63,306 nt of DNA, filler included, from Chiloscyllium plagiosum (GCF_004010195.1; 4 parts of one record of this genome joined end to end with filler, not necessarily neighbours in it); one strand, 5' to 3'; numbered from the whole stretch's first letter, positions 1 to 12,495 are shown. Numbers and translations are program-made. Notes: generated by a model from the sequence alone, not told the origin.

Positions 1-303
1 TGGGGTTGGGTGTGGGGGCAGTGTTGGATGGGGTTGGGTGCGGGGGCGGTGTTGGATGGGGTTGGGTGTGGGGGAGCGGTGTTGGACGTGTTGGGGGGAC
101 AGTGTTAGACAGGGTTGGGGGCGAGGGTGTGGTGCTGGGGGTAGGGTTTCGCGCGCTGTGTGCTTCAACAGTCTCCTGAATGGGGAGCAGATTTTAAAAA
201 CTCCGAGCCCCAGAGGAAAGGCATTTAATCGATTAACCGAATAATCGTTTATCCGAACGAAATAATGCCTGCCCATCACGTTCGGATAAGCGAGGTTTCC
301 CTG
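1..303 (-). mobile_element. Tigger/pogo-like MITE (family A), partial, inserted in the ERV protease region
   Basis: The reverse complement starts CAGGGAAACCTCGCTTATCCGAACGTGATGGGC, next to TA (304-305), and aligns with the complete copy at 7509-7983. It has G-rich internal tandem repeats. The other end lies outside the window. Confidence 0.85.
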
Positions 304-305
304 TA

Positions 306-3122
306 TATCCCCATGAGATTCTATGTATGCCAAAATAACGAGGGCCCCATAATGGCCAATGATCTCATGAAAGAATATAATGTTCTAATTGATTGTGCAA
401 AAGGGAAATTGATTTGTCCCAGACAGGACGGTCGGAAGACTGAGATTGGGAAACGTATAAGTCACTTGAAACTGTTAAAGTGGCTACAGCCACCAGTAGG
501 GACTGGAACCTCGAAAAGTGGGGGAAATGGAGCCATCTGCCCCTCCGTCCCCGGAGCATGGGCAGGAACAAAGTTAGTTACAGGTCTAGTTAACATCGAC
601 CCGATAAGGGTTCCCAGACAGAATCATAAGCCCCACCGGCAATACCCAATAAAACCCGAAGCAGGACAAGCAATTGTGGCAATAGTGAAATAGGGAATCC
701 TGAAAGAAACCGCAATTACAACTAATTCCCCAACGTGGCCAGTAATAAAGCCTGGTGGGAGCTACAGGCCCACCATTGATTATACAGGACTAAATAAGGT
801 CACCCCCAAATTGCACACCATTGTAGCGGATCCCTCTACCATTTTAAACGCTTGGCCCCCGAACTCAAGATTTTTACTGTTTTAGACATAGCCAATGGGT
901 TCTGGTCTATTCTGATACACCCTGAGTCCTAGAACAAATTCGCTTTTACACTAAGGGACAGGCAGTACACGTGGACTCACCTGTCACAAGAGTTCCACAA
1001 CAGCCCCACTATTTTTCACAGGGTGACGAGCGACATTCTGAAGAGAATAGATTTACCTGAGGGTCGCACTGCCCTTCAATATGTAGATGATATCCTAATT
1101 GCCTCAGATTCCAAGTTAGGACACCAGGAAGCTTTAGGGCTAGTATTGTAGGGATTAGCAACTGCAGAGTTAAAAGTTAGCCCCACAAAGGCACAGATTA
1201 GCAAAACACAAGTCTTATACCTGGGACACCTTATATCTCAGGGATTCAAAGAAATGCCGAACGACGGCAGGAAGGCAATCCAACAGATGCCACGACCTAC
1301 CATTGTCAGGGGGGTCAGAAAGGTCATGGAGTATTCAACTACAGTCAGAGCTTTATACCCGAGTTCGCAAAATTGGCTGAACCGATCCAGAGATTAATTA
1401 AAGAAGGCAAGCCCGCCTTGGAACCTGTAACCTGGGGGCCAGAACAGGAGGAGTCATACAGTCAGCTTAAAACTCGACTCATATCGGCTGCCGGGCTAGG
1501 GCCGGCAGATCCCAGCAAGGATTTTCACATCCACTGTAGTAACGAGGGAGGAATTTTACTCCACAGTGGTCACCCAAGACCACAGTAGCTGGAGAGGGCC
1601 CGTAGGGTATTACTTAACTACAGAAGGGCAAGTCGTCACTGGGTTGCCCAGGTGCATAGCAGCCTTAGACTGTGCTGCTTGGGCTGTTAGGGATAGCGAG
1701 CCCCTAGTAATGACCGGGAATGTCACCCTCCACGCTAAACAGAGAAACTGAGGGCCATTTCCAATATGAGAAGGGCAAAGTGGGAGGCAGTTCTTTTGCC
1801 TCCAAATCAGAGCATGGTAATAGGGATACGGGAGAAAGCCCAGCTGAGGGAATTCTAAATGCAGGGAGACTGCACAACTGTGGGGATATAGATGGGGATG
1901 GAGATTGGGGGAGAGTAAATGATACCCCCCAGACACAGCTGAGGAGACCTTCTTCGCGGACGGGGTCACGAAAATATGTAGCAGGGTCGCCCCGAACAGG
2001 ATGAGGCTGTGGTAAATGATAAATTTGAAACAATTCAGTCTGGGAGGATTGATAGAAGTCAGTCCGCACAGGCAGCAGAACTGGTAGCACTCACCAAAGC
2101 ACTCACCACTAGCAAAAGGAAAAACCATGAATATATATACAGACAGTCAATATACCTTCAGTGTGGTCCATGACTATATGGGGGCATGGGGCCACCATGT
2201 GGGAGGGAGCCCCTATCAGACACCAGTTAAGAATTCAGGCACTATTGTGTGCCAGTGAACAGCCAAAAGAAGCTGCAGTAATAAAAATAAAGGAGCCAGC
2301 AAAAGAGACGCCAAAATTGGCTGCTATTCAAAGGAAACCAAGCAGCAGACCGAGTAGCTCAGAAAGCCCTAGAACAAGAAGCCATTAACGAGACTGCAAT
2401 AGCCCACTATTGAACTGGTGAACGACGCTATCCAAATTCAGCAGCTGCAGGATGACACCCCACAGGAAAAGAGGGCACAATGGAAACTGCAGGGGGCATT
2501 CAAAGGGGAGGATGGTGTCTGGAGGTGAGCAGACAAGATCGTAACACCAGCGTGTACAGAACACATTGCTGGAAATACACCACGGGCTCTCCCATACAGG
2601 TGGAGAGGCCACGATAGCAAGCCTCGGTAGAGAGTGGTGACGGAAGGGGATGGGAAGAGATGTGGCCAAGTACTGACGCAGATGTATGGTTTGTGCACAA
2701 CATAATCCAGGGAGAAAGACAAAATTTGGCACTATGTGATAGAATTAAGCGCCTAATTGAAAGGGAGTTGGAAATCTGTAATTGACAAGCAGGACAAAAA
2801 GGACAGGGCAGAGGAACTTGAAGTCTTCCCCTGAGATCCCAGCAGCAGGAAGCCGCATCCTGGGCCGTACGAGGTGGCATTAAATGGGGACACCTGTGCC
2901 TGCCGAGACATTAAAGGAAAAGGCTCATGGAGGCACTGGACCATGCTAAAACCGTTTAAAGACTCCTGTGGCCAAATGTCATTGACCATTCCCCAGATGC
3001 AAGCAGCAAAGGTGGACAAGATGGTCCTCCCAGAGAGAGTACCGAAAACACAACAGAACACGACACGACTGCACCTCCTAACAGGAACAAAGACTTTAAC
3101 TGTTAACTCTTATTTTAACTGA
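306..3122 (+). pseudogene. pol: Endogenous retrovirus pro-pol (protease C-terminus, RT, tether, RNase H, integrase with core deleted), degraded
   Basis: Motifs read across stops and frameshifts: IMANDLM (protease); QYPIKPEA, NSPTWPVIKP, IDYTGLNK, LDIANGFWS, FHNSPTIF and QYVDD (YVDD at 1080-1091) in RT; tether PVGYY..GLPRCIAAL; RNase H SAQAAELVAL and IYTDSQY; integrase zinc finger HHGLSH..CMVC (~2575-2700); C-terminal GPYEV. Confidence 0.93.
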
Positions 3123-3125
3123 AAC

Positions 3126-4572
3126 GTGTATACACCTATCTGTATTTCATTGTATTTAAGTGTCACAATTGTTGGGAGCAACCCACTGAAGCTTGCATGG
3201 GAACTGAGCTGTTGCTACCCACTGGCGCAATCAGTGAAATCACTATTTATGGCTACCCCAGTGTGGACTCCTCGCGAACTGTATACAGTAGACACCTCTG
3301 GAGCATTGTCTAAAGGGCAGGTAGGGAAATACAAACGGGGACTCCAGGGTCGATGTGCGCAGCTGGGCAGGATCACCGGCTCATGGGGCCAGGCCCCAGC
3401 AGCCTAGGGAAGGGAAAATCAATTTAAAACCCAGTAATTACCCACTCTGTTTCACAGGGCAGGGATGGGGATGCGTTAATGCCCTGATTCCCAAAAACAA
3501 CTCATGCGTCCAGACTCCGTGCATTTATCAGCACTGTACGGTCACTAGGGGACAGTTTACCTGCACCTGCATGGAGCAGGCATGCTTGAATGTCACCGCC
3601 GGCAGACAATTCATGTGTGGTCAGCTGACCACCCATGTCAGCTCTGCCACGGATACACCCGTTCGATACTTACCAGCTGGGTCACACATGTATTGGGACA
3701 TAATTTTTAACCGTTTCACCACATTCCACTGCTTGGAATTTTACACCACAGGTGGACAAACAGAAGGACAGGACAATGTCTGTTACTGAGCGGTGACGGG
3801 ATTTGTTTTTCTATTCAAGGGGACTTACGCGACAGATACCCCAAACCTCCCAAACCTGTTCACAGTGGGGGCAGTTGCGCCTATTACTCTACCATGCCCC
3901 AGTGGGGGACATGTTCAGAGAAGGATAGTGACCCGTTCCATCAGTCAGGAGTTCCGTGCTAACTGACAGGTCCCCACCACTTTTGGGTCATCATTGGGAT
4001 ATGGATTTCTAGGATCTCTATTTTCTTTGGGGGAGGGGGCACAACAGGGGTTGTCAGCGCTAAAAACCAAAATTATCTTGTATGTGGCCAGACTATCTTA
4101 AGCAATAGTACCTCGAAAGCTCTGGAAGCAATTAACACAACACTGGCTGAACTCAGACTGTACACAAAGCTGACACATTACATGGTGGATTATCAATTAG
4201 CCAGCAATGGGGAGTTTGTATAATTATTGGTGACACAATAGTGATGTCTCTTATAATATTACAGAAGCCTTTAAAAATATCCGAGACCCGCTAGACAGTT
4301 TTTGACAGGGAACCACACTTACAGACAGCTGGCGAAATTGGTTGCGATGTAAATCTTGTGGACCCTATTAGTCACATAGGATAGTTCTCTTCATTGCACT
4401 CATACTGGTGTTCTGTGTGGGCCTCAGGTGTTTAAAGTTCTGCTGCACGATGCTACTGACAAGAACTGTGCCAGCAGTGAGTGTCACCACAGAAGCGCCT
4501 CCAACAAAATTGGCACTCCATGACACCCATCGGGAGGAGGAGCTCCTAGAGGTGACCTACCTCTACATGTAA
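3126..4572 (+). pseudogene. env: Retroviral env (Cys-rich SU + gamma-type TM), degraded
   Basis: Hydrophobic signal-like N-terminus (ICISLYLSVTIVG), Cys-rich SU, fusion-peptide-like SLGYGFLGSLFSLG, heptad LEAINTTLAELRLY, ISD-like YMVDYQLASN-GVC, membrane anchor IVLFIALILVFCVGL, stop TAA at 4570-4572. The start position is approximate. Confidence 0.85.
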
Positions 4573-4615
4573 ATTGGGGGGTGTGTGGGAGATCTCCAAA
4601 GTCGCCTCCTTGATC

Positions 4616-4629
4616 AAAAAGGGGGGGAG
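4616..4629 (+). other. Polypurine tract (PPT) of the ERV
   Basis: AAAAAGGGGGGGAG shortly after the env stop and immediately followed by TG. Confidence 0.9.
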
Positions 4630-5440
4630 TGAAATGTGAGATGGCATGGGGTAGGGTAACACTAGGCACACAGACACAAAAGATGGCCGCTGAGCCACAA
4701 TATGGAGAGAAACAGTAGAGCAGATACAGATACTGCCTGGGGCCACCAGAATGCCAGCACAATGCACTCACAACCCAATTGGTTAGTTTAAGTCAGGTGG
4801 GGGACAGAATACACAAGAGTAATGAATACCGTCGGCTGAAGTGTCTGGGTCCAGCCGACACCTCTCATAGAAATGCTAACAGCTTGATACAGACTCAATA
4901 TGGAATGTTAAAGGCCAGGGCTGCTGTAATCGTCCTTCTCAGGAAGAGTGATTAGCGCCCATTACTACAGCAATGGACTTCTGTGCAGACATTGAAATGA
5001 CAATGTCTACACTGAAACTGACAACGACCACGTAAAAATTAACAAAGGCTGCACTGGAACTGACAAAGACCGTATCGAAACTATCAATAATTCTGCAATG
5101 ATTGCTATAAACAAACCATGTTACAAAGACAATAATCTCATCACTCACCTATTGTATCAAAAGAGGTATAAAGGTTTCTTGACATGTGCTCCAGGTCGAG
5201 AGAGGACTCGCAGCTGACCACTGTGCTGTTGGTGTCTTTCTCTTCCCGGAGCTCCGGTATTTCCTTGTGCAATTAACTCTGTCACTGAACCCAATTCTGA
5301 CTCCAAGACTGATGTTTTTCCCCACACAGCGTCCTTTACAGTTGGTAATACTACCATCTCTGATCACGCTCTAGTGTACATATTGGTTAAGAGGAAAGAC
5401 ACTATAGCAGGACTGGGACACTGGCGAATGGATTTCTTCA
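4630..5440 (+). mobile_element. 3' LTR of the ERV (end inferred)
   Basis: Begins TGAA directly after the PPT, has TATAAA at 5167-5172, and has a candidate inverted end TTCA at 5437-5440. The 5' LTR is not in the window, so the 3' boundary is unconfirmed. Confidence 0.7.
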
Positions 5441-5471
5441 TCCTTAAGGATAGTAATTTTGTTGAGTATTT

Positions 5472-6269
5472 AGTCATAGAGATGTACAGCATGGAAACAG
5501 ACCCTTTGGTCCAACCCGTCCATGCCGACCAGATATCCTAATCTACTCGAGTCTCTTTTGCCAGCACTTGACCCATATCCCTCCAAACCTTCCTATTCAT
5601 ATATCCATGCAGCTGCATTTTTAATGTTGCAATTGTACCAGCCTCCACCACTTCCTCTGACAGCTCATTCCATTCACGTACCACCCTCTGTGTGAACAAG
5701 TTGCCCCTTAGGTCTCTTTCGTATCTTTCCCCTCTCACACTAAACCTATGCCCTCTAGTTCTGGACTCCCCCACCCCAAGGCAAAGACTTTGTCTATTTA
5801 TCCTATCCATGCTCCTCATGATTTTATAAACCTCAATAAGGTCACCCCTCAGCCTCTGACGCTCCAGGGAAAACAGCCTCTCCCTGTTGCTCAAATCCTC
5901 TAACCCTGGCAACATCCTTGTAAATCTTTTCTGAACCCTTTCAAGTTTCATAACATCTTTCCGATAGGAAGGAGACCAGAATTGCACACCATATTCCAAC
6001 AGTGGCCTAACCAATGTCCTGTCCATCCGCAACATGACCTCTCAATGCCTATACTTAAAACCCTGATCAATAAAGGAAAGCATACCACACGCTGCCTTCA
6101 TTATCTTATCCACCTGCCACTCTACTTTCAAGGAGCTACAAACCTGCACTTCAAAGTCTCCTTGTTCAGCAAAACTCCCTCGGACCTTACCATTAAGTGT
6201 ATAAGTCCTGCTAAAATTTGCTTTCCCAAAATGCAGCACCTCGTGTTTATCTAAGTTAAACTTCATCAA
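5472..6269 (-). mobile_element. CR1/HER1-type LINE, 3' fragment
   Basis: Encodes FNLDK..VLHFG, LVRPLLEYGVQFWSP and RLRGDLIEVYKIM; the 3' UTR ends in TCTATGACT. Confidence 0.92.
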
Positions 6270-6780
6270 GTGGAATAGAATTGAAGGTTTTGGGGTGTTT
6301 ATGAAACATGCGAGTCACACATACATGGAAGTGAGTTACACATTGGAATTTAATCGAGAGGGTTTCAGGTGATTCATATAATCCTGACAGTGGGGAAACA
6401 AGCCCTTCAGCCCAACAAGATCACACTGACCCTCAGAAGAATAACCCATCCAGACCCATTTCCCCACATTTACCCCTGACTAATGCACCTCACCTACACA
6501 TCCCTGAACTCTATGAGCAATTTTAACAGGGTTTGGATTGGATAGATAATATATAGAATAACAGATACCCAGGAGTGTGATACAGACTGGAATCTAATCA
6601 AATGATTGACGTGGCTAATGTACAGAGTCCCTTAAAAATGGAAGTCAGTTCCAGATTGGAATTTTACCAAGGGGATTCGGGATGATTATGTGTAGAATAA
6701 CAGATACCCAGGACTGAGCTGCAGACTGCAGTCAAATTGAGGGATTGGGTGATTTATAGACAGAGCAACGGGATACAAGA
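6270..6780. repeat. Degenerate ~70-bp tandem repeat interrupted by an HE1-type SINE tail (~6385-6525, minus)
   Basis: Recurring GAATAACAGATACCCAGGA and (G/T)TACAGACTGGAATCTAATC-like motifs at about 6330, 6555, 6695 and 6720. Confidence 0.55.
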
Positions 6781-6829
6781 GGGGAGAAAGCAGAGGAGAA
6801 AGTACCCACCATGGACCAACTCAAAAATG

Positions 6830-9447
6830 AGCTGAGCTAGACAGGATTCAATGATTTCAGGGCTTCCCTAGATATTAATTCAGGCTTAGCCAGTAACCCA
6901 TCCATTCTCTGGGAAACTGCTAAAGCTTAAGGGTTAGTTATTTCGTACTCTGCCGGTAAGAAGTGGCACAAGGGTAACTGGACTGGAACTAGATGCAGAG
7001 AAGGAATTTGATCGGGTTGAGTGGCCATACCTTTTTTATACTCTAGAGCTGTTTGGCTTGGGTGAGGTCTTTATCAGATGGGTAAAAGTTCTTTATAGTG
7101 ACCCTTTTGCCGTGATTCTCACTAATGGTGTGTGATCTAGCAATTTTAATAGCTTTAAGGGTAGCCGATAGGGGCACCCTCTCGCCGTTGCCTTTCACAT
7201 TGCTGATCGAGCTGCTGGCGGAGGCCATACGTATAGATCCCAACATATCTGCTCCAGACGTGGGGTCAAAGTCACACAAGATTACATTGTATGTGGATGG
7301 TGTCCTTATCTTTTTGTCAAACCCAGCAGTTTCAGTACCTCGTCTGATACAATGTATCAATTCGTTTGGCACCTTTTCAGTTTATAAGATCAATTTTACA
7401 AAATTGGAGGCCATGCCTATGGGTGGTTTCCCGAAAATACCTGGTTTCAAGGGCGACTCTTGATCTCCCTTTAAGTGGTCACGAGAGTTTTTTTAAAATT
7501 TAGGTATACAGGGGAACCTTGATTATCTGAATGTGATGGGCGGGTACTATTTTGTTCGGATAATTGATTATTTGGTTAATTGATTAAATGCCTTTCCTCT
7601 GGGGCTCGGAGATTTTAAACTCTGCTTCCCGTTCAGGAGACAGCAGCAGCACATATCGCAAGGCCCCGCCCCCAACTCCAACCAACACCCCCCCCGCCCT
7701 TTGTTCCCAGAAGGCACTGACACACCTTAACATAGCTTTGTCTGATTTCATCAGTGGTCAGGGTATGACTGCAAGTCAGGTACATCATGGCATCAAGGTG
7801 GAGAGAGAGAAAGGGCGGGCAGTCAGTTATTTGGAGACGGTGCCTGTTTAATCACTGTAAACAAAAGACGTGATCACTGTTGGAAACACGTCCTTGATGT
7901 AATGTTTCCATCAGGACCTCGAAATCTCCTTTGGATAATCCGATTTTCGGATAATTGCTATTTGGATAATCGAGGTTCCTCTGTATTCATTACTCCCATT
8001 TTTGGTCAGCTGTTTAAAGCTAATTTTAATGCTCCCCTTGATCTTCACTCGGTAAGCATTCAGGAGACTGAACGGGGTTCAGTTCTTTCATCTGGTATTG
8101 TAAATGGCCCCTTAATAAACTAACTAAATTATAACTGCCCCACAGACGGGGGTGAGTGGACCTCCCAAATAAGAAAAATGATCAATTACACTCACTTTTA
8201 TCTAATGTGAGTGACTGGGCCTGTGGGGACCCTCTTTCGATATGGTTAGATATCAAAATTTCTTAGGAAAGGTGCTCCTTACTCGGTTGCTGTTCCTGGA
8301 CAAAATGAGGACAGTTAAGAAATATGACCATAATCCAATAGTTATCAATACTGTTTAAGCATGGAGGGCAATGAGGCAGAGTGAAGGTAATATTGCCAAC
8401 ACATCACGTCTTACGCCTATAACTGGCATGCCGGGTTTTCAACTGGGGATGATGGACTCTGGGTTTAGACTCTGGACAACTAAGGGTGTGTCTTGCCTGG
8501 GTGACTTATTTGAGGGGGACACAATGATGTCTTTTGACTAGTTAGCTTGGAAGTATGAGCTACCTAGCAGGGATCTCTTCTGTTTTTTACCAAATCAGGG
8601 ACCTCATTCACAAAAGAACTACACTTCTAACTGATTCCTAAAGATCCGACATAGAGAAGAGGGTGGTTAGTGCTAACAGCACACTTTCTGTCAGCAATTT
8701 TCAACATGTTCCAAGTGCAAAGCGAGTACGGGTACTTTCACTCATTGTCTTTGGTCCTGCCACAGGCTCCACATATACTGGAGCGCAGTAGAGAGGATCT
8801 TGGGGACAGAAGTGAAAATGGACCCGGTCTGTCTTCTTCTTGGCCTGGCTAGCGTATATTCTTTAGAAGCATATTAAAAAAATCTGTTCAATATCCTTAG
8901 TTTTTACACAAGAAAAAGCATCCTGCTAGGTTGGGTGTCTTGAAATCCCCCAGATTTGTCGCACTGGTGTAAGCCAGTCATGGAGCATATCCCTTTGGAT
9001 TTTCTTACAAGTATGGTGAAGCATAAAACTGAGAATTTCTATAAGACATGGCGGCCCTTTTTGGTTTACCTGGACACAGATTTGTCCGCTACACTAATAA
9101 GGGCGTTTGTATAATGGTAATGATTGTGTTTAATGAATCTAACACCCAGAGAGGGGGAATTGCGAACATATGAACATGTATAAATTAACGGTTTCAATGG
9201 TTGAGAGCTATTGTTTTGTTTCGCTGAGCCGTATTATTATTTATTAGTGCATTGTTATTATTAGTTATTATATATTTATTTATGTATTTAGTTGGTCTGT
9301 TTTTCTTCTTATATATATATATATACATATTTGTACATGACTGTAGTTTTGTTCTTTGACTTTGTACTGTTTTGAATCACATTGTTTTGGGTATGTTGTA
9401 ACATTAAAAAATCTCTTTTCCAATAAATATATATCCATATATAAAAA
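6830..9447 (+). mobile_element. L1-clade LINE, 5'-truncated, degraded ORF2 with 3' tail
   Basis: Encodes [38 protein letters not shown] (decayed YADD) and LGIFIT (split by a MITE); AATAAA at 9422 followed by an A/TA-rich tail. Confidence 0.88.
7509..7983 (+). mobile_element. Tigger/pogo-like MITE (family A), complete
   Basis: TIRs CAGGGGAACCTTGATTATC / GATAATCGAGGTTCCTCTG, TA duplication at 7507-7508 and 7984-7985. Removing it restores the L1 RT LGIFIT motif. Confidence 0.92.
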
Positions 9448-10235
9448 CACATTTGCCACGTTCCTGATTTTTATCCTAATTTGGACCAATTTTATTGTCA
9501 GCCCATTAATGACAGCTTGGAGACAGGCCTGGGATTTTGGTGTCATGATAAAATTGAGCACAGGCCTGGTAGTGCTGTAGAAAGCAAATGATAACACATT
9601 TTCTTCATCAGTCTTAATTCTTGGCAAATCATCATATTAGCCTGAACGTCACCACTACCATCTGTGCTGTTGTTGGAAGAATGAGGCAAACTGCAAATTG
9701 GATTGAACCCCCAAGCTGTCACCGTGTTGACTCATTTGCGTTCTAATGCAAAATCGTACCAGAACTGAATCTCTGCTGTAGTAGAAAAGAAGAGAAATAA
9801 TTTGAAAGCAGATCACAAGCCTCATTAAAATCTGGGCAGTCTGCTCACTTGGTGTGGGCCTGCTCTCTGAGGCTGCCAGGTTCTGCTCCATGTTGCCAGC
9901 TTTTACTCATTTCCATTTAAGATCAGCGTTATGCTACATTGCCACTGTTGTTTTCTGCCTCTTCAATGTCTCTAATTTATTGTACAACAGATCTTTCTTC
10001 CTGATCTCTCATGTTAATTTTGTTTTCAAGTGTTCAACCATTTTGTTTTCTTTGTAAACATTTTGCAGGTCGTCCTACTCCATTGTAAGTCTATGTTTTT
10101 GAATTCCTCCCTTTCAGTTTGAACTGATTCTTTTTAAGCGTCATTTATCTATAAATGTTTCCAATCCTGACAGACACCTAGACATAAAGGACTGGATCTT
10201 GCATCTTGCATCTCATGCACTACATATCATTAGTC

Positions 10236-10315
10236 GAGAGAAAGTGAGGACTGCAGATGCTGGAGATCAGAGTTGAGAGTGTGGTGCTGGAAAAGCACAA
10301 CAGGCCAGGCAGCTT
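10236..10315 (-). mobile_element. Penelope-like element (PLE) terminal-repeat fragment
   Basis: GAGAAAGTGAGGACTGCAGATGCTGGAGATCAGAG..GCTGGAAAAGCAC, shared with the ends of the ORF-bearing PLEs in this window. Confidence 0.75.
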
Positions 10316-10950
10316 GCTTTGTATCCTTTATCTTGATAAACACTTGAAGCTGTAACTTCTAGAAACGCATCGCCATGGCAAGGGCAATATTGCAGTTTGG
10401 ATCTTATTGAAAAGCTGAAGAAAGGTTCAATCTCCTGAAGCCTACGAAAACGATGCAGAGGAATGTCAGAGAAAGAGGCTGAATTGCAATCCCTGAATTA
10501 GAGTCAAATACAGAATGAGACATAAAGAGAGAGAAAAGAGACGAATAGAAGGTAAGAAATGATATTTATAAATTGAAAAATATCTGTAAAGAATTTTCCC
10601 TACTTAAATGAATGAAACTTCAAAATTTCAAGCGTTCCCTTTCAGGAACAGCATTTGCTCAGCATTTCATTAACAGTTGTTACTTTAATAAAAGGTTACT
10701 CACACTGTTAATTACCAGCCTTGATGAGTTGTGGTGAGTTTATTGAGTAATTAATGTGCTAACTGAGCAAGTTCTTAAAAATATGAAAAAATTAAAGGTA
10801 AAATTCTGAGTGTGTAAACTAAAAGTGAGGGTACCTGAGTTAATTTTTAAAAAATACGTTTGTGGGACATGGGTGCTGCAAGCTGAGCCAGCATATATTG
10901 TCCATTTCTAAGAGAAGGTGGTGGTGAGCTGCCTCTTGAACCCCTGTAGT

Positions 10951-11245
10951 CCTTTACTAATGAAGGGCTTATGCCTGAAACGTCAATTCTCCTGCACCTT
11001 GGATGCTGCCTGACCTGCTGTGCTTTTCCAGCACTACACTCTCGACTCTGATCTCTATCATCTGCAGTCCTCACTTCCTCCTAGTTGATTTTAACGCTAC
11101 TGTGAAACCTCTTCTAAGGATGCTTTCCTCGAAGAAGTTCTCCTCTCTCTACAGGCATCTTAATGATTCCTGATGAAGGGCTTATGCCCTCAATGTCAAT
11201 TCTCCTGCTCCTTGGATGCTGTACTTTTCCAGCACCACACTCTTG
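10951..11245 (+). mobile_element. Short PLE derivative with two direct hammerhead-bearing repeats
   Basis: TSD CCCCTGTAGT at 10941-10950 and 11246-11255; two degenerate CTGATGAAGGGCTTATGCC motifs about 210 bp apart. Confidence 0.8.
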
Positions 11246-12495
11246 CCCCTGTAGTACATGTGCTATTGGTTGACCCACAATGCTTTTGGGAGGGAATTCC
11301 AGGATTTTGATGTGGCGACAGTGAAGGAACTGTGATATATTTCCAAGTTGAGTGGCTTGGAGGAGGCTTGCAGGTGACAGTGTTCCTGTGTACTGTATCT
11401 GCTGCCCTAATCTTTAACCAATATGTTCTGGAGATTCTGGGAATACAGTTTGCTGCAGTAGATTAGAAGTTGATTTTTCCTGAAAGATTGGAAACTTGTC
11501 ATGCCATATGGACAGAAGTAAATGCACATGTTTGAATATTGACAATGAATCTAAATCCATGTGGTGAAAGCTCATTTACAGAACCTCTTGAAAGATCATT
11601 GGACCTGTGATCAGACACTGAAGGTCTTGAACAAGAGATTTCTACTTGCAACACGCTTCAGCAAAAAGGTCATTTCCTGAAAGAATTTAGATCCCTTATT
11701 GGGGTCAGAGCGGAATTTTCCAGATATTCTGCCTCAGTACATTTTGATCACTTTTGCTGATTTGATGATGCTCGGTTGACTGAGATTGAGATGCATGTGA
11801 AATCACAACTATATAGGATAGCACACATTCTTATGTTTGTTTGTATGTATGTTCTTTGTGAAATGGGCTCGATTAGTCTGAGCACAAAAAACCCCAAAGA
11901 ATGACGATGCTGGAAATCAGAAACAAAAACAGAAATTTGCTGGGAAAACTCAGAAGTTCTAACAAGAGAAAGCAGAGTTAGTGTTTTGATTCAAGTAGCC
12001 CTTCTTCGGAACTCTGTTAGTCGATTAGTGTGAATCCATTTTCTTGTTGATTTGAACCTGCAGAACCGAATGCTGCCAATCTTCGCACCACAAGTGTTGC
12101 TTCACTTTATAATGCAAATTATATCATTTAGCTGTTCTTCCAATATAATTGCAACGAGGAGAATTGTAAGCAATGGTATATCACAGAATTTAATTTTAAT
12201 TTTCTGATAGAAAGTAGTTTCAGTAAACATTTTTATTTTTCAAAAGGATAATGAAGCAATGTGATCCATGAAACATTTCAGAAACCTGGTTTAAACAAAC
12301 TTGGCTTGGGGGTTATGGGGCTTAGGATGAAAAGTGAAGGATAAACAAGGTGTACAGACAATTAAGAAATGAAAATAGCTCTAGGATATACAATAAAAAG
12401 GGGTCAGAGCAAGAGGAAATATAATGCTAATAATGATATTTTATTCAAGAAATATGTTCAAAGCGCAAAGACTGAATTTCATTGCAAGTTGCATA

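Noticed and set aside
4939..5374. Small ORFs in the LTR as possible foamy-like accessory genes
   Set aside because: Short, mostly antisense, with no recognisable features; no accessory region lies between env and the PPT.
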